A stretch of 64,000 bases of DNA, taken from contig SVBX01000017.1 of the NCBI GenBank assembly GCA_015058655.1, positions 144 through 64,143 on the forward strand. The letters run 5' to 3'. The translations under genes were made by a program, and so were the position numbers. Below are positions 29,701 through 41,731 of the stretch, one piece after another. Each line of letters opens with the position of its first letter. The first letter of the stretch is position 1. The notes beneath the pieces are model-generated. The model worked only from the letters and a program-made list of their open reading frames with translations, had not been told where the DNA came from and did not search any database. This DNA comes from Selenomonas ruminantium. GTDB lineage: Bacteria > Bacillota > Negativicutes > Selenomonadales > Selenomonadaceae.

Positions 29701-32700
29701 CCCAATGTAGGGACGAATTATACGGCCAACTATGCTATTACCTTCAAAACCAAGGATGGCTATGACCCGGATAATTATGAAGTCTACGCTTATGACAGTA
29801 CCGCAACAACTGCTCCAACTACGCCTCTCACGACCGAGACTAAGAACAACGTCACATACTATCTCCTGCAGGGCACGGGTGACATCAACAAGCGCACCGT
29901 GAAAACCACTGATGCAGTCTTCAAGTATAAAGATAGTCAAGGAAATTTGCATGATGTGGAAAAGACCAAGGTCTATGATGGCGATGCCAGCTTCTCTGGG
30001 GCAAACTATGTAATCTTCGGCACAGACGGAGAATATTTGGACTCGGATACGGCTGTGGCACAGACCAAAGAAGGGACATATGATACGACTAAATACAAGG
30101 GAGTCATTTCGGGGGATGAGGGCGACTTCAATTTCAGCGTAAATACTACACAGACAAAATTCTGGAATACGACTACCAACAATGAGGCCGACGAAGCTAC
30201 CCTTTCTGATGCCCCTGCTAGCGGCACAGACTACAGAGCTGATTCCATACGCTATGCAGTCAATATGAATCCCCAGGGAAATGCAGCAAAAAATTATACG
30301 CTGGTAGATAAAAATGGCAATGAGCTCACAAGTACATCTTATACGGGTGATAACTATTTCTCCTTTTATGATGATGGTGCCACGATAACCAAGCGTCCAA
30401 TCTATATTGACTTGCATCAGGATTCTGGCATAAACAAGACATACGATACACAGACTACTTTGGGAACGACTTCGGCTGAGAAGGCTTATTATGCAGGTTT
30501 TGACACCGATACAACCGGCAATAATCCGAACGGAAATGTGTATGCCAATGTGGATTATGATAATGGCAAATATGATAAGCTCAGCAGTGATAATACCAAA
30601 TGGAATATCGAGGCGGCTTATCAAAAGACTGGTGCGGAAAATGCTGCCAAGGATGTGCTGGTGGATGCCAATGACAATGTGTTGGGCAAGAATATCATCT
30701 ATAATGTCAGCATTGTCACGACCGATGGTACAGCTGGACAGAACTATGCAGACAACTATGAAATTTATGTAGGCAATGATACTACAGGCTATACAAAGTA
30801 TGACCAGAAGGAAACCAATACCGAAAAAGCCGTGCTAAATGCCAAGGGCAAAATAAATCCCGTGGAAATCAGCGGGGTGACTTTTGGTTATGTGTCCAAG
30901 TCTTATGACACTACGGCTGATGTGGGCCTGGTCAATGGCCAGTACCAGATTGGAGATGCCACACCTGGTGACGACATTGCAAGCGGAAACTTTGGCAACT
31001 ACATCACAATTACGGACATAAAGAAAGATGATGGCTCTTCTGCATTGGCTGGCAGTGAGACCGTTAAAGATGTCTTTGGTGGAGAGAATTACGAGTACTT
31101 TGACAGTGCTGGTAACTACATCCGTACCAAACCTGTGATAGTGGATGGAGTAGAAAAAGAAAAAACTTTCATTGATGGCGTATATGGCAGCGATACTACA
31201 TCCGAAGGGACGGCTTTTTCGCCGGACAAACACGCACATAAAATTGCCAACACCGATAAAGGCATGGTACGCAAGGTGAAGTATTCTGGCATTGGTGCTG
31301 CTCTCACCACGAAGAACTACAAGCTGGCAGATACTAGCGTAGACACTCAGTATGGCATGGGCAGGATCGATCCGCTGGACATTACCTCACTTTCTTACGA
31401 TGACCTTGGGGCAGTCAGTAAAGTTTATGATGGCAATAAAAATGTCGTGGGTGGCTATCAGGTAGAGGCTAATGATACTACGGGTGAGGTGATTTCCGCC
31501 AAGGAGATAACCAATAATTCCGATGAAAAAAACAATCCAGATAAGCTCTACATCAACGGTGTAATAGGCAAATTGACGGGGAGCAATTCGGAGCACAATG
31601 TGTCAGGGATTGTCCTTGACTATACAGTGAACGAGGGCAGCTACTTCGCCAAGTCCGATGGCTCGGAAGCTGTCAACGCGGGTGAGGCTACCAAAGTAGT
31701 CTACAGTATTACGGTGGCTGATGGCGGTGAATTTGGTGACTATAGGCTAAAGAACGCAGATGCTACTGACGGTACCTATAAGACTGGCGGTCAGGATATT
31801 GCCTTGATTGGCAAGGATAACACTGGCAGCATCGCGGCCAGGCATGTGGTGGTGGATGGTGTCCAGCAGGTCAAGACCTATGACGGCGGCACTGGCGCAG
31901 GTAATGGTATTGGCGCTGTGACCATGAGCACCCAGACGGGCTTTGAGAATGTGACGGGCCTGGTGGGCGATGATGCGGATGCAACCAATAACACCTCCAC
32001 GGCAACCTATACCGAGACTGCAGGCGCAGGCTATGCCGCCAAGGACGCCAACGCCTATGTGGAATATGACCCTGATGATTTGAAGAACACCACCTTCCGC
32101 GACATTAACAAGAAGACCGTGACATTCACGCCGACTCTTGCCTCTGGCGGGGGGAACTATAAGTTCTACAATAATAATGAGCAAGTAACCGATACTTTCA
32201 AATCCACGGGCCATGTCATCAAGCAGAAAGATTATGAGCTTGATTTTGGGCATATTGAAAAGGTTTATGACGATAAGGCAGATGTCCTCGGAGTGACATT
32301 GAATCCGGCTATCAGCGTAGGAGCTGATGAGGGTACTGTGTCCGGAAATAATGTTACCTTGAAAAGTGAGGGGGGGCTGGCAGACGGCGACAGCGTCGTA
32401 TTGACCATTCAGAACACCAGCGCTTTCCAGCCAACTGAAACTTTGGCGGCTTCGGATGTGGGCACCCATCAGGTGAAATATGATCTGGTTTCTGCAAGCA
32501 AAGATCTGAACAATTATCGCTTGGTGAAAAAAGATGGCAATAATGTCATACCGTTGGACATTGTCAGAAATAGCGATACCGACTTCACTATTACTGCTTA
32601 TGGCACGGGCAAGATAACTCCTTTGACTATAGAGGAGATTACTGCGGCTATCACGGCAGTGACCAAGGTTTATGATGGCAATACATCTCTTACTTACAAA

Positions 32701-35700
32701 CATACCTTCAATGACAGCAGCAATGGTGCTATTGCAGGCTATGACAGCACCCAGGTAGGCGAAGGCAATTCGGCGGCCTCTGTGGGCACCATTTCTTTGG
32801 GCAGCATTGAGCTACTGAAAGACTCAGGCAAGTACACTGTCAATGACGGCAGCGTTGTCAGGGACAACACTTCGATTGCCGGTACCCGGTTTGACAGTGC
32901 CAATGTTGGCTCTGGCAACAAGTCTGTCACCTACAGCATTACCATCAACAGTGATGTGGCAAAGAATTTGACCATAGACAAGACGGCGGTTCATGATGCC
33001 AATGATTCTATCAATGTCTATGGTGATGCTGAAAACGGCTATGTCATTACCGTGAAAATGGATGGCAATACCATTCTGGCCAAGAATGCCTATGCGGCCC
33101 TGAATGACATGGGGAAGGCTGCCGACCCTACCAAGACCTATGACCACACTACCGATGTGCTGAATGGCAATGGTGGCAAGCTGGATGCAAACGGCTATGT
33201 CGATGTGACGGGGCAGGTGAATAATGACACTTACAATGTGGCAGCGGCCTATGAAAATGCCAATGTGGCAGTAACCAAAGATGACAAGGGCATGGCAACG
33301 CCCCAGGTATCTGCCAATACCGTTGACTACACGGTATCTGCAAACAATTACAACATATACACCATTGATGATAGCGGCAAGATTTTTACCTACAACAATA
33401 ATGCTAGGCAGGATACAGCTTACACCTATGATGCAACTACCGGCAAGGTTATTGAGAATGATACCACAGAATTGGGCAATGGCAGCAAGCTGAATGAACT
33501 GGTGACTGGCACCCATAATGTGCTGGCAGGAAAGGGGACTATCAATCAGAAGGAAATAACCGTTGACTTCACCAAGGCAGAGAAAGTTTATGATGCAAAA
33601 ACGACGATTGCTGTTGATGGTGATGGGCAGGCGACCACTACTGCGCCGATTATCACTGTAAACGGCTTGGTCAGCTATAAGGATGCCAATGATCAGGATG
33701 TTACTGAAACAATGGTGCTCAAAGATGCCAATGGCAAGTATCTTACCAATGGTGGCACGGCACTGCTTACTGGCGAGTATGGTACCTATAGCAATAATGC
33801 TTTCACAGCCAATGGCGATGTTAATTACGGTGAAACTTATGAAGGCAAGGCAGGCGCTAAGGCTGTCCAGTACAGTGGCTTGCAGAAACTGCTGAACAAG
33901 AACACGGGTACAGCCAATGCCGACAACTACAAACTTGTCAGCACTGCTGCAGCTGATAATTTGTCCAATTCGACAGGATATGTCTATGATGCTGCAAACG
34001 ATACCCTGACTTATTCTGAGGCAGGCAACATGGGGCGCATCACGCGCCGTTCTTTGAACCAGGAGGATATCAAGACCAAGTGGACAGCGGCTACGCGTGA
34101 GTATGACACCACGGCTTATATCGGAGACAATCCTGATACAAAGAATGTTGTGGAAGGACTGGATGGGAAACTCAAGCCCACCGATTATTTCTCCATTTAC
34201 ACGGATGTTTTGGGTGAGGATAAGCCTATAGACCTTGATTATAAGCTGGCGTCGGCTATCTTTACCGAAGATGATAAGACGACTCCGGGCATAAATGTCG
34301 GTACCTATAACATGCTGTATGTCTTGAATGGCCTTGAGGAAAAAGAGTTCCATAACTTTGAGATGGGGACTTTGACGAACAATTATACTGGCACCTATAA
34401 TTCCATCGAGGCAAAAGATAAAGATGGCAATGATGCGCCTGTATATGGGGAGATTACTAAGAGGGTTATCTCTGGTCAGGCTACTGGAGAGAAGCAGGAA
34501 AAAGTCTATAATGGCGATGCTGAGGCGAAGGCTGACAGTACTTATTTCAAGTTTGATGATAATGACTTGAAAGTCTTGAGAGCAGACCTTAATCTGGGAG
34601 AGAATCAAGATGTGAGTCCGTATCTGACTGCCAGTGGCGTTTATGCAATACCGACAACTGACGGAAAATATCAGGCTGATGCCAATGCCAATATTGCGCC
34701 CGAGGATGTGAAGCCTGTTGCACAGGGAGAAAAGGCAGTTGCCTTTACTATGAAATGGGCAGATGAACAGGAGGCGGCCTATAAGAAAAATTATACCTTT
34801 GATGGCAATAATGGAGGCTGGACAGACGGAACCAAGACAGCCTATGTCGGCAAAGGAGATATTCGTCAGCGTATTGTCTACTTGGAAGATGCTGGCGGCG
34901 ATACCATTGACAAGACATATGATGGAAAGGCTGCGGCAGATAAGACTGTAAGAACCAACGCGAATGCTTTCAGCTTGATAACTGAGAATACGGCGACTTC
35001 CGGCATTATCTCCGGGGAGAATGTAACTCCTGATTTTAGTAATGTATCTGCTGACTATGTAAAGGGGAATGCCAGCGTTGGCTATACCGCAGATGCAAAT
35101 GTGAACCGCGATACTGACGGTACTGTGACGAACAAGGGTGTGAAGTTTACGGGCTTCGCATTGGGCGGTGCAGACAAGGATAACTACTATCTGATGGCAA
35201 AGGAAAATGCTGCCGGTGGAGATGTTGCCTATAATGATGGCACTAAGGCCAATGACGGTATGTATATCGTAGAGAGTGGCGGAGGAAAAATCACGCCGAA
35301 GGAAATAACTTTCAGCATCGAAAGTGTTTCCAAGGAATATGATGCAGATGATGCAGTGAAAGATGGTTCGAATCTCACTGTCAAGGCAGACGCAGCCTCA
35401 CTGACCATGCCTTACCACAGTGCTAATGGAGCCTCTTTCCAGATCAATCCCGGCAGTGGCTTGGAGGAATTTGAGGTTACTATTGACAGCGGCAAGTATG
35501 ACAACAAGAATGTTAGCGTGAACGAGGCTGGTGAGGTACAGAAGGATAAAGAAACTACCTATAATGTTACCTGGCACAATGGCAACTATGACCTGGTAGG
35601 CGAAATGACTCCTACGGAGACCAGTCCTGCCGTGAAGGGCCAGCCAGAGGATACCTTTGTCACCACGGACTATGAGAAAACTGGCGATACAGTCACCCGT

Positions 35701-37440
35701 AAGGGAACCCTGAAGGATTATCGGGGTGAGATTACTCCTCGTGTGCTGACTATCGAGTCAATGAGTGGCATTAAGACTTATGATGGCAATACTGGCTATA
35801 GCTATGGCACCGCTGAATCGCCTTCTTCCAATCAGGTGGAGGTATCCTTCGGAACTGTGGCGAATGATGTAATTGCAAAAGATGTCCAAATGGAGGATGC
35901 TAAGACCGTCAACAATCTCTTAAAGCTTACTGTGGGCAAAGGCACCTATGGCGGAGCTACGAATCAGGCCAAGGATGATGCGTTAGCGGCAGGGGTTTCA
36001 CAGGAAGATATTGATGCTGGTAAGCATTCTGATGCAGCTTTTGATGAGAAATCAGGTTCCTTTGAGCACAGTGTCGTCTTTGACGGTATTGATATAGGCA
36101 ATTCAAATTACAAGCTGGCTGATGGCAACGACAAATACGAAAAAGGCACTGGCATCATCAATCGTGCCCCCATAACCGCCACGGGCAACAATGCTTCCAT
36201 AGCTTACGGTGGCGATATGCCTGCCTTTTCGGGGAACCTGACGGGCTTCGTTGAGGGAGATAATTCGCCGGATATTGTTGAAGTAGATGAATTGGATGCT
36301 GATGGCAATCCTACAGGCAACAAAATCTCTCAGCCAGTTTCTTGGGAGGATTATTACAAAAATGAGTTCCATTGGGGCCCCACGGATAATGTTACCAATA
36401 CCAGCACAGGCACCCATGATGTTTATGGCTGGTACCGCAAGGCATATCAGAAGTATGATGAAAATACCGGCACTCCTCTTTACAATGAAACTACCAATGA
36501 ACCCCTCTACAGCTATAATAAGCTGAACAAGACGGACAATCTTGGCAAGAACTATGTGCTGCGGAACTATGTGGATGATGCGAAGACTGTTCTGGGAGAC
36601 GGGCAGGCACCGGGAGTATTCACGGTGAGCGCTCCCAGTGGAGGTGGCGGTGGAGCTCCTGCTCCCACCCCGGCACCGACACCTGCTCCGACGCCCGCTC
36701 CGACTCCTGCGCCTACTCCAACCCCGGCACCGACTCCCACCCCTGCGCCCACCCCGGCTCCCGCTCCTGCAGTTGAAACTGCTTCGGAGCCTGTGGTAGT
36801 GGCAGATATAGGCTATGTGGAGCAGCCTATTACCCCGGACAGCGCTGTTTACCAGCGGGTTTCCAAGGATGAGAGCAATGCCAATAATCATGAGGCAGCG
36901 GCTGCCATCCAGTATGGGAACAACACTACGGCTGTTTCCTCTGAAAATGGCGAAACCAGCAGCTCTGGTACCATTGCCATCGAAGTGGCAGAGGTGGTGA
37001 ATCTCTTGGGCGGCGATGTGGCCAGCGATGGCAGCCGCATGGAGCTGAGCAATGCTGATGCGGGCAACACTCTTGCCGTGGAGAGCACGGAAGAGGGTTA
37101 CCTCAAGGTGGGCGATGGAGCATCTGAAGGCTCCATCGGCATTGAGACCGAAGATGGAACCCTCATGGCATCCACGGGGAGAAGCTATGGCAGCGCAGGC
37201 TATGGCTCCGGCGCTTCTTCCAGCGGCAGGAACAGCCAGAATACTGGCAACTCCAGGCGCGAAGGTGGCAGCGCGGAAGGCGATGGGACGCTGAGCTTTG
37301 ACAATGTTGATTGGCTTACCAACGCCGTGTTGCAGCAGGACGAGAAGAAGAACAAGGAGGACGAGGAAAACAAGGACAAGAGCGAAGAAAGGGATGGCCG
37401 CAAAGCTGAAGCAGCTATCACCTACAATGATGTAGCATGA
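26716..37440 (+). CDS. Giant two-partner-secretion exoprotein (TpsA; filamentous-hemagglutinin N-terminal domain, GLUG motifs, many YDG/MBG-type repeats)
   Basis: Signal peptide ...[12 protein letters not shown] domain [11 protein letters not shown]...[16 protein letters not shown]-like motifs [25 protein letters not shown]. At least 15 (K/T)(V/T)YDG-type repeat modules. A PT-rich linker and a unique C-terminal region. Start at ATG 26716 behind GAGGTG. Confidence 0.9.
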   Translation: MNTLTQKDKLALQVSLALVAGMFSLVPVAHGAPVLDTIVTDGAKGTKVFNHDNNTQTPAGVTAIMPAAPPDVGKASNNIINWQDFSVGSTEKVVFDATDATGASYTKTNNYLNVVTGAGTSYVDGKMLGGQNVYLVNPNGIIMGEHAKVDVGNLYLSTKDSIDVDALAASGTELSGTSVLASAGDVAAEVVNMGKIQANYVYAEGTEVRFLNTKNVQYKALNDCIDKTSQDLDRLSSDSNTDTSVVSGVELVGANYVHVGYEVSDTAPSSTNENEYKAATLNTANSATSLGYTINGSKLTSFSDASEKNAFIKAHDYALVRNKFELQNMRNNKSLNYMLANDISFTYTGKNGQNYYPVGSSGTDAFTGNFDGNFFTIENICVPANKEYYAGLFGYTDGARIENVKVHNARIYAGKGESDTTESAAGGIVGYAKGTTLVNVANTFIAPASDRGMVLAFAPDASSAAGGLVGYSEGATKISSSYNEAEVYNGSGLVGKIKTAGLEVSDSYNKGTIYKNRSGTAGDNIYYYGLVGDAVGEAATGAASGTTAGTIKKSYNAGKYKEIENSVFVFKTSNGVGPETSTFSYCYDVSPEPNEDSYSAVSYTANHYSGIFNDGENVNKTWRIYEGDSLPLLRSFLKANGNGTITVNYNKIGLYADDADGTAASVSIPSDKIVHDKSTGKEIVYNGYYNGATDYDVDTERLAGSDSDAVKLGRIKPAKIKNVVNNAPLFYSVDQNGYDIADANISIVQRNILPESGFTLDKVYDGTADATTEMKAAFNGTVEAIDVATIYESGGTVNGKYYAPHTLVETGVVKTHVGDTVKAEQVSLDNVITSATYYKNVNGNTSDWTTNNVAINVKDATSTNPASVKVVFNDGAISGTTDTDSDGTVDSANYFIDHTNYDNGTIAIKGVIEKRPVYVELQKKTGIDKVYDKSNTVVYRASDWNDANDNVKDASDDAIEKWSLTDVGLLNSIDGAEFDYGTPFYTEGDDSSGTLPNVGTNYTANYAITFKTKDGYDPDNYEVYAYDSTATTAPTTPLTTETKNNVTYYLLQGTGDINKRTVKTTDAVFKYKDSQGNLHDVEKTKVYDGDASFSGANYVIFGTDGEYLDSDTAVAQTKEGTYDTTKYKGVISGDEGDFNFSVNTTQTKFWNTTTNNEADEATLSDAPASGTDYRADSIRYAVNMNPQGNAAKNYTLVDKNGNELTSTSYTGDNYFSFYDDGATITKRPIYIDLHQDSGINKTYDTQTTLGTTSAEKAYYAGFDTDTTGNNPNGNVYANVDYDNGKYDKLSSDNTKWNIEAAYQKTGAENAAKDVLVDANDNVLGKNIIYNVSIVTTDGTAGQNYADNYEIYVGNDTTGYTKYDQKETNTEKAVLNAKGKINPVEISGVTFGYVSKSYDTTADVGLVNGQYQIGDATPGDDIASGNFGNYITITDIKKDDGSSALAGSETVKDVFGGENYEYFDSAGNYIRTKPVIVDGVEKEKTFIDGVYGSDTTSEGTAFSPDKHAHKIANTDKGMVRKVKYSGIGAALTTKNYKLADTSVDTQYGMGRIDPLDITSLSYDDLGAVSKVYDGNKNVVGGYQVEANDTTGEVISAKEITNNSDEKNNPDKLYINGVIGKLTGSNSEHNVSGIVLDYTVNEGSYFAKSDGSEAVNAGEATKVVYSITVADGGEFGDYRLKNADATDGTYKTGGQDIALIGKDNTGSIAARHVVVDGVQQVKTYDGGTGAGNGIGAVTMSTQTGFENVTGLVGDDADATNNTSTATYTETAGAGYAAKDANAYVEYDPDDLKNTTFRDINKKTVTFTPTLASGGGNYKFYNNNEQVTDTFKSTGHVIKQKDYELDFGHIEKVYDDKADVLGVTLNPAISVGADEGTVSGNNVTLKSEGGLADGDSVVLTIQNTSAFQPTETLAASDVGTHQVKYDLVSASKDLNNYRLVKKDGNNVIPLDIVRNSDTDFTITAYGTGKITPLTIEEITAAITAVTKVYDGNTSLTYKHTFNDSSNGAIAGYDSTQVGEGNSAASVGTISLGSIELLKDSGKYTVNDGSVVRDNTSIAGTRFDSANVGSGNKSVTYSITINSDVAKNLTIDKTAVHDANDSINVYGDAENGYVITVKMDGNTILAKNAYAALNDMGKAADPTKTYDHTTDVLNGNGGKLDANGYVDVTGQVNNDTYNVAAAYENANVAVTKDDKGMATPQVSANTVDYTVSANNYNIYTIDDSGKIFTYNNNARQDTAYTYDATTGKVIENDTTELGNGSKLNELVTGTHNVLAGKGTINQKEITVDFTKAEKVYDAKTTIAVDGDGQATTTAPIITVNGLVSYKDANDQDVTETMVLKDANGKYLTNGGTALLTGEYGTYSNNAFTANGDVNYGETYEGKAGAKAVQYSGLQKLLNKNTGTANADNYKLVSTAAADNLSNSTGYVYDAANDTLTYSEAGNMGRITRRSLNQEDIKTKWTAATREYDTTAYIGDNPDTKNVVEGLDGKLKPTDYFSIYTDVLGEDKPIDLDYKLASAIFTEDDKTTPGINVGTYNMLYVLNGLEEKEFHNFEMGTLTNNYTGTYNSIEAKDKDGNDAPVYGEITKRVISGQATGEKQEKVYNGDAEAKADSTYFKFDDNDLKVLRADLNLGENQDVSPYLTASGVYAIPTTDGKYQADANANIAPEDVKPVAQGEKAVAFTMKWADEQEAAYKKNYTFDGNNGGWTDGTKTAYVGKGDIRQRIVYLEDAGGDTIDKTYDGKAAADKTVRTNANAFSLITENTATSGIISGENVTPDFSNVSADYVKGNASVGYTADANVNRDTDGTVTNKGVKFTGFALGGADKDNYYLMAKENAAGGDVAYNDGTKANDGMYIVESGGGKITPKEITFSIESVSKEYDADDAVKDGSNLTVKADAASLTMPYHSANGASFQINPGSGLEEFEVTIDSGKYDNKNVSVNEAGEVQKDKETTYNVTWHNGNYDLVGEMTPTETSPAVKGQPEDTFVTTDYEKTGDTVTRKGTLKDYRGEITPRVLTIESMSGIKTYDGNTGYSYGTAESPSSNQVEVSFGTVANDVIAKDVQMEDAKTVNNLLKLTVGKGTYGGATNQAKDDALAAGVSQEDIDAGKHSDAAFDEKSGSFEHSVVFDGIDIGNSNYKLADGNDKYEKGTGIINRAPITATGNNASIAYGGDMPAFSGNLTGFVEGDNSPDIVEVDELDADGNPTGNKISQPVSWEDYYKNEFHWGPTDNVTNTSTGTHDVYGWYRKAYQKYDENTGTPLYNETTNEPLYSYNKLNKTDNLGKNYVLRNYVDDAKTVLGDGQAPGVFTVSAPSGGGGGAPAPTPAPTPAPTPAPTPAPTPTPAPTPTPAPTPAPAPAVETASEPVVVADIGYVEQPITPDSAVYQRVSKDESNANNHEAAAAIQYGNNTTAVSSENGETSSSGTIAIEVAEVVNLLGGDVASDGSRMELSNADAGNTLAVESTEEGYLKVGDGASEGSIGIETEDGTLMASTGRSYGSAGYGSGASSSGRNSQNTGNSRREGGSAEGDGTLSFDNVDWLTNAVLQQDEKKNKEDEENKDKSEERDGRKAEAAITYNDVA

Positions 37441-37445
37441 AAATC

Positions 37446-37488
37446 AACGCCCTGCCCAAGGCTTTTATAGCCAGGGCAGGGCGTTTTG
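37446..37488 (+). terminator. Stem-loop terminator after tpsA
   Basis: AACGCCCTGCCC...GGGCAGGGCGTT followed by TTT. Confidence 0.6.
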
Positions 37489-37566
37489 ATAGACTAAAAA
37501 GATGCGCTGTGATAAAATAGGAGAGAAAGTGACGAATATTCATGCTTGGATGATATATAAGGGGAT

Positions 37567-39252
37567 ATGGGGATGGATAATTTAGCGAAGAAGAAATTGG
37601 CGCAGGGCATAGGCGCTTGCTTGATGCTGGGAGCTTTGCAGGGTACAGGGCTGGCGGCGCCGTCCCTTTCTCAGCCAGGACAGGATATCAAGGCACAGGC
37701 ACCGCTGCCGGAGGCTGAGGTGCGTGATGATACCCCCACGGGGGAGGGGCTGCAGGAAGAAGTGCATTTCAAGGTGGAGAACTTCCGCCTGGAGGCGCCT
37801 GACCTGCACATCAAAAAGGAGCCTTTGGTGAAAATCCTCCAGGAAGGCATGAAGGAGGATCAGACCCTTGCGGGGCTGAATGAAACCATCAGGAAGATCA
37901 CAGGCTATTGCCGCCAGCATGGCTATCCGGCGGCTGCTGCCTATCTCCCGCCCCAGACCAGCACCGACGGGGTGGTGGTGCTGAAGGTCATTCCCGGCCG
38001 CTACGGGGAAGTGAAGATCGACAACCAGAGTGGGCTGAAGGAAAGAGTCATCAAGGGCTTCTTGAATGGCTTGACCAGGGAAAAGGGCAAGATCATCCGT
38101 ACAGAGGATTTGGAGACCACTCTTTTCTCCCTGTCCGATGCCAGCGGCAACAAGGCAGTGGGCGTGCTGTCCCCGGGGCAGGAGTTTGGCACCAGCGACC
38201 TGACGGTGCGGATCGAGAAGGGCAAGGGCTCAAATACTATCCTCTATGTGGAGAACTATGGCAGCCGCAATACGGGGCGCTATCGCTATGGCCTCCAGCA
38301 CAGCATGTATGATGTGGGGGGCACCGGTGCCCGCATCAATGTGGGTGCCCTGATATCCAATCATCATTTGCATAACTACTATGCCAACTACGAGGCCATC
38401 GTAGGTCACGGCGGCACTACCCTGGGGCTGGGCTACAGCCGCATGGATTATCAAGTGGGGGGAGCCTTGGGAGCTATCGGGGCCAAGGGTACGGCTGATA
38501 CCATCAGTCTCTTTGGTCATCGTCCCATCTATCACTTGCATGACAGGCAGCTCAATGTGAACTATGGCTTTGACTACCGCAAGCTGCATGATGAGATAGA
38601 GACCTTCCATTTCGATACCAAGAAGCACTCCAGCAACATCCATGTGGGCGTGGACGGTTTCCTGAGGGTGGAGGGGCTGTACTTCGGCTATGGGCTCACT
38701 GCACGCACGGGCTGGCTGGGGGCGGATTCCCTCTACGGCGAGCAGCAGATAGAGCTGGCTGGCACCAAGGGCAACTACAGCAAGCTGGAAGCCAATGTCA
38801 CGGCGGTGAAGCGCCTGGGCAATATGGCAGACCTCATGGTGAAGGCCTCCGGCCAGGTGGGGAGCAAGAATCTGGACGGCTCAGAGGAAATCTATCTGGG
38901 CGGCGCCAATGCCATCCGTGCTTATCCCCAGGGCACAGCCTCCGGTGACGAGGGCGTCCTGGCTACGGCAGAGCTGAGGTTCTATACTCCTGTCAAAGGC
39001 TTGGTCTTCAGCACCTATTACGATACGGGCTTCGTGAAGTACTTCCATGATGGAGGCCTGTACCAGAACAGGGATGGGGCTACAGACAGCTCCATCCGCC
39101 TGCAGGGCTGGGGCTTGGGGCTCAGCTATACGGCTCCCGGTGACTGGTTCGCCCGTCTGGACTATGCCCGCCGCATCGGCGGCAGCAAGATGCTTACGCA
39201 GGAAGAGAAGGCCAAGGGAAGGCTCTGGTTCATGCTGGGCAAGATCTGGTAA
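37567..39252 (+). CDS. ShlB/FhaC/HecB-family outer-membrane transporter (TpsB)
   Basis: Signal peptide, a POTRA-like N-terminal region (VIPGRYGEVKIDN), a beta-barrel-type alternating sequence, and the C-terminal aromatic end ...FMLGKIW. Confidence 0.85.
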   Translation: MGMDNLAKKKLAQGIGACLMLGALQGTGLAAPSLSQPGQDIKAQAPLPEAEVRDDTPTGEGLQEEVHFKVENFRLEAPDLHIKKEPLVKILQEGMKEDQTLAGLNETIRKITGYCRQHGYPAAAAYLPPQTSTDGVVVLKVIPGRYGEVKIDNQSGLKERVIKGFLNGLTREKGKIIRTEDLETTLFSLSDASGNKAVGVLSPGQEFGTSDLTVRIEKGKGSNTILYVENYGSRNTGRYRYGLQHSMYDVGGTGARINVGALISNHHLHNYYANYEAIVGHGGTTLGLGYSRMDYQVGGALGAIGAKGTADTISLFGHRPIYHLHDRQLNVNYGFDYRKLHDEIETFHFDTKKHSSNIHVGVDGFLRVEGLYFGYGLTARTGWLGADSLYGEQQIELAGTKGNYSKLEANVTAVKRLGNMADLMVKASGQVGSKNLDGSEEIYLGGANAIRAYPQGTASGDEGVLATAELRFYTPVKGLVFSTYYDTGFVKYFHDGGLYQNRDGATDSSIRLQGWGLGLSYTAPGDWFARLDYARRIGGSKMLTQEEKAKGRLWFMLGKIW

Positions 39253-39260
39253 AACTGAAG

Positions 39261-39300
39261 GACATGAAAAAAGCTGCCGGGCGGCAGCTTTTTTCATGTC
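39261..39300. terminator. Bidirectional terminator
   Basis: An 18-bp perfect palindrome GACATGAAAAAAGCTGCC / GGCAGCTTTTTTCATGTC between convergent genes. Confidence 0.8.
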
Positions 39301-39301
39301 C

Positions 39302-40138
39302 TTATTTCACTATATGCTTTCCTCCCAAGAATCTCGGCGCCCAATAGCCATCTGACAGCTTGTCTATGCGTACGCCCTTGCTGGAGCTGGTGTGGATGAA
39401 TTCTCCGCTGCCCAGGTAAAGGCCGCAGTGGGAGGCGCCTTTGTCGTAGGTCTCGAAGAACACCAGGTCGCCGGGGACAAGCTCTTTGGAGCTTTTGGTG
39501 CGCAGCCCCAGCTTGTACTGCTCGTCAGCGGTGCGGGGGATGCGGATGCCGTGCTTGTTGAAGATGTACTGCAGGTAGCCTGAGCAGTCAAAGGCCTTGG
39601 GGGTGGTGCCGCCGAACTGGTAGGGGACACCGATGTAGGATTTGGCTGTGGTTATCAGGGGGGCTACTTTGTTTTTGGGCAGGATGGTCTGGCCGTTGGG
39701 AGCCATGGGGCCTTTGGCGCTGATGCCGCTGCCGGTTTCCTGCTTCTTTATATTTGCGCCCCAGGGGCGGGATCTGGGCTTGGCTTTTTTCAAGGCTCGC
39801 CAGGTGGCGTTGTTCACGATGCCTGTGACACGGATTTTCTGGTCCTTCTGGAATTCGGCCACGGCCTGCTCGGTCTCGGCGCCGTATACGCCGTCAAGGC
39901 TGCTGAGCTTGTAGCCGATGCTGTCCAGCTTCTGCTGCAGCAGCATCACTTCGTGCCCGTGGCTGCCCTGCTGCAGGGTGGGAGAAGCTGCTGCCGTCAT
40001 GGTGGAGGCGGTGAGCATCAGCCCTACGGCCAAGGGAGCAAGCAGGGCTCTCAAGTGGCGGTGATGCCGCCTTGGCTTCCTGCGCTTTTGGCGGACTAGG
40101 TGCAGGGTATAGAGAATCCGAAGGGTACGAAGGTGCAT
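39302..40138 (-). CDS. C40 (NlpC/P60) peptidase with peptidoglycan-binding domain
   Basis: PG_binding_1-like segment GHEVMLLQQKLDSIGY...YGAETEQAVAEFQ, catalytic FDCSGY, and HCGLYLG. Confidence 0.85.
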   Translation of the reverse strand: MHLRTLRILYTLHLVRQKRRKPRRHHRHLRALLAPLAVGLMLTASTMTAAASPTLQQGSHGHEVMLLQQKLDSIGYKLSSLDGVYGAETEQAVAEFQKDQKIRVTGIVNNATWRALKKAKPRSRPWGANIKKQETGSGISAKGPMAPNGQTILPKNKVAPLITTAKSYIGVPYQFGGTTPKAFDCSGYLQYIFNKHGIRIPRTADEQYKLGLRTKSSKELVPGDLVFFETYDKGASHCGLYLGSGEFIHTSSSKGVRIDKLSDGYWAPRFLGGKHIVK

Positions 40139-40177
40139 AGGTATCGTCCTTTCATTCTGGTGGCGCTGTTTCAGATA

Positions 40178-40552
40178 TCATTTTTCCTGTACATGCTCCA
40201 GTCCCTGGCCCATGAGGGTCAGCACATGGTGATCGTCCAGGGAGTAGAGGGCTTCTTTGCCATCTTTGCGGAACTTCACCAGCCGGGCCGTACGCAGTAC
40301 CCTGAGCTGGTGGGAGATGGCAGATTGTCCCATTTCCAAGGCTTCGGCGATGTCGCAGACGCAGAGCTCTTCCTCGGCGGCCAGCAGCGACAGTATCTTG
40401 ATGCGGGTCTGATCCCCCAGCACCTTGAAGACTTCTGCCAGTTCCTGGCTGGTGGCGTTGTCTATCTTGTGCAGGCAGGCCATCTTCACCTTGTCAGGAT
40501 GGGTGCGGTGGACTTCGCAGAATTCACATTTGTCATTATCTATAGCGGGCAT
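40178..40552 (-). CDS. ArsR/SmtB-family metalloregulator
   Basis: KVLGDQTRIKILSLL...ELCVCDIAEALEMGQSAISHQLRVLR. Confidence 0.85.
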   Translation of the reverse strand: MPAIDNDKCEFCEVHRTHPDKVKMACLHKIDNATSQELAEVFKVLGDQTRIKILSLLAAEEELCVCDIAEALEMGQSAISHQLRVLRTARLVKFRKDGKEALYSLDDHHVLTLMGQGLEHVQEK

Positions 40553-40620
40553 TGCTTCCTCCTGGGGGCAAATTTGGCCTTCCCTTTGAGGGGAAGGCTT
40601 TTCTTAATAGTATACCATCT

Positions 40621-41706
40621 TTAGCTATGGAAACGGAATGAAAATTTTCTGCCCGGGGTGATGTATTGCAAGAGCCCCAATTCGTCTTCGTCCACCATGG
40701 CCACTACATTGGTGCGGGGGTCGGGGCCTTGGGCTTCTTTGATTATCTGCAGCTCGCCCATGTATCTGCCGTAGCCTTCATTGTCCAGGGTGATGGCTCC
40801 TACGGGGCGGGAGGCGGTGTTTGCCGGAGCGATGGCAAGGTTTATTTCCTTCATGAGGGCGCGGCTTTCCTGAGCTCTGATGGCATCGCGGGCTTCGTCC
40901 AGGCGGGCGCTGAAGGGCTGGGAAAGGAAGCGGGTCATATCTTCGTCCTGGGAAAGGAGCTTGGCTGAGATGGTCACGCCATCGCCGGAAAGCTGTCCCA
41001 GGGCGGACATTTCCTCGTCGGTGGGCAGGGAATCTGCCAGCACCACATAGTCGGTGCCCAGGGCTACCAGGTGGCGAGCGGCAAGGTCGGAGGGCTCCTC
41101 CCGGTGGTCTTCCAGGGTGGGCAGGCCCTCCTGCAGGGGGCTGCGCTTCCTGCCTTGCCGACTGGGGACGAAGGCCCCGACTTTGATGCCCAGCTTGTGC
41201 AGCATGACATTTTTTCGCACCAGGGCTTCTTCGGAGAGCCCGGTGCCGACTCTGGGATAGAAATTGTGCAGGGCTTCAATGACGGAGAAATCTGTCTTGA
41301 GCTCCACCAAGGCGGAGAGGATGTGCCCCGTGATGGTGGAGGCATTGAGCTGCAGCCGCACGCCGTGGGGGTGGCGGGACATATGGGCGATTTCCTCCAG
41401 GCCGAAGCCGTAGTCCAGCCGCAGGGTGGTGATGCCCAGCATCCTGAAGGCGGATATCTTGAACTCCTTGATGCCCAGGAGCTGCATGGTCTCAGGGCTG
41501 ATGTCCGAGATGATTTCCATGCCGCAGTCGTGGGCAGCGTGGAGGATGGTGCCCAAATCTTTTTTCAGCGCATCCATGTCAGTTTCCGGGATGTGCAGGG
41601 AGGTGAAGAGTCGAGTCAAGCCGCAGTCGTGGGCTTTTTGAATCAAGGCGAGATTTTCTTCCAGGGTGTTGTCCAGTCCGGGATAGATTGAAATTCCGTT
41701 TTCCAT
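40621..41706 (-). CDS. mupG: DUF871/MupG-family 6-phospho-N-acetylmuramidase
   Basis: MENGISIYPG...LFTSLHIPE pattern. It is the last gene of a murQ-EIIC-mupG operon. Start at ATG 41706 behind GGAAAGGGG. Confidence 0.7.
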   Translation of the reverse strand: MENGISIYPGLDNTLEENLALIQKAHDCGLTRLFTSLHIPETDMDALKKDLGTILHAAHDCGMEIISDISPETMQLLGIKEFKISAFRMLGITTLRLDYGFGLEEIAHMSRHPHGVRLQLNASTITGHILSALVELKTDFSVIEALHNFYPRVGTGLSEEALVRKNVMLHKLGIKVGAFVPSRQGRKRSPLQEGLPTLEDHREEPSDLAARHLVALGTDYVVLADSLPTDEEMSALGQLSGDGVTISAKLLSQDEDMTRFLSQPFSARLDEARDAIRAQESRALMKEINLAIAPANTASRPVGAITLDNEGYGRYMGELQIIKEAQGPDPRTNVVAMVDEDELGLLQYITPGRKFSFRFHS

Positions 41707-41731
41707 TTCGTTGCCCCTTTCCTGGGTTTTC

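Noticed and set aside
28900-34608. Large minus-strand ORFs inside tpsA (28900-30624, 31747-32703, 32824-34608, 36103-36891).
   Set aside because: Their I/V/C/R-rich nonsense composition mirrors the repeat-rich sense frame. The + frame is a continuous 3574-aa protein with TPS, GLUG and YDG motifs.
36660-36770. The PT-repeat coding region of tpsA as a slippage-prone tandem repeat.
   Set aside because: The amino-acid repeat (APTP)n is encoded by heterogeneous codons, so the nucleotide-level repeat is too imperfect for efficient slipped-strand mispairing.
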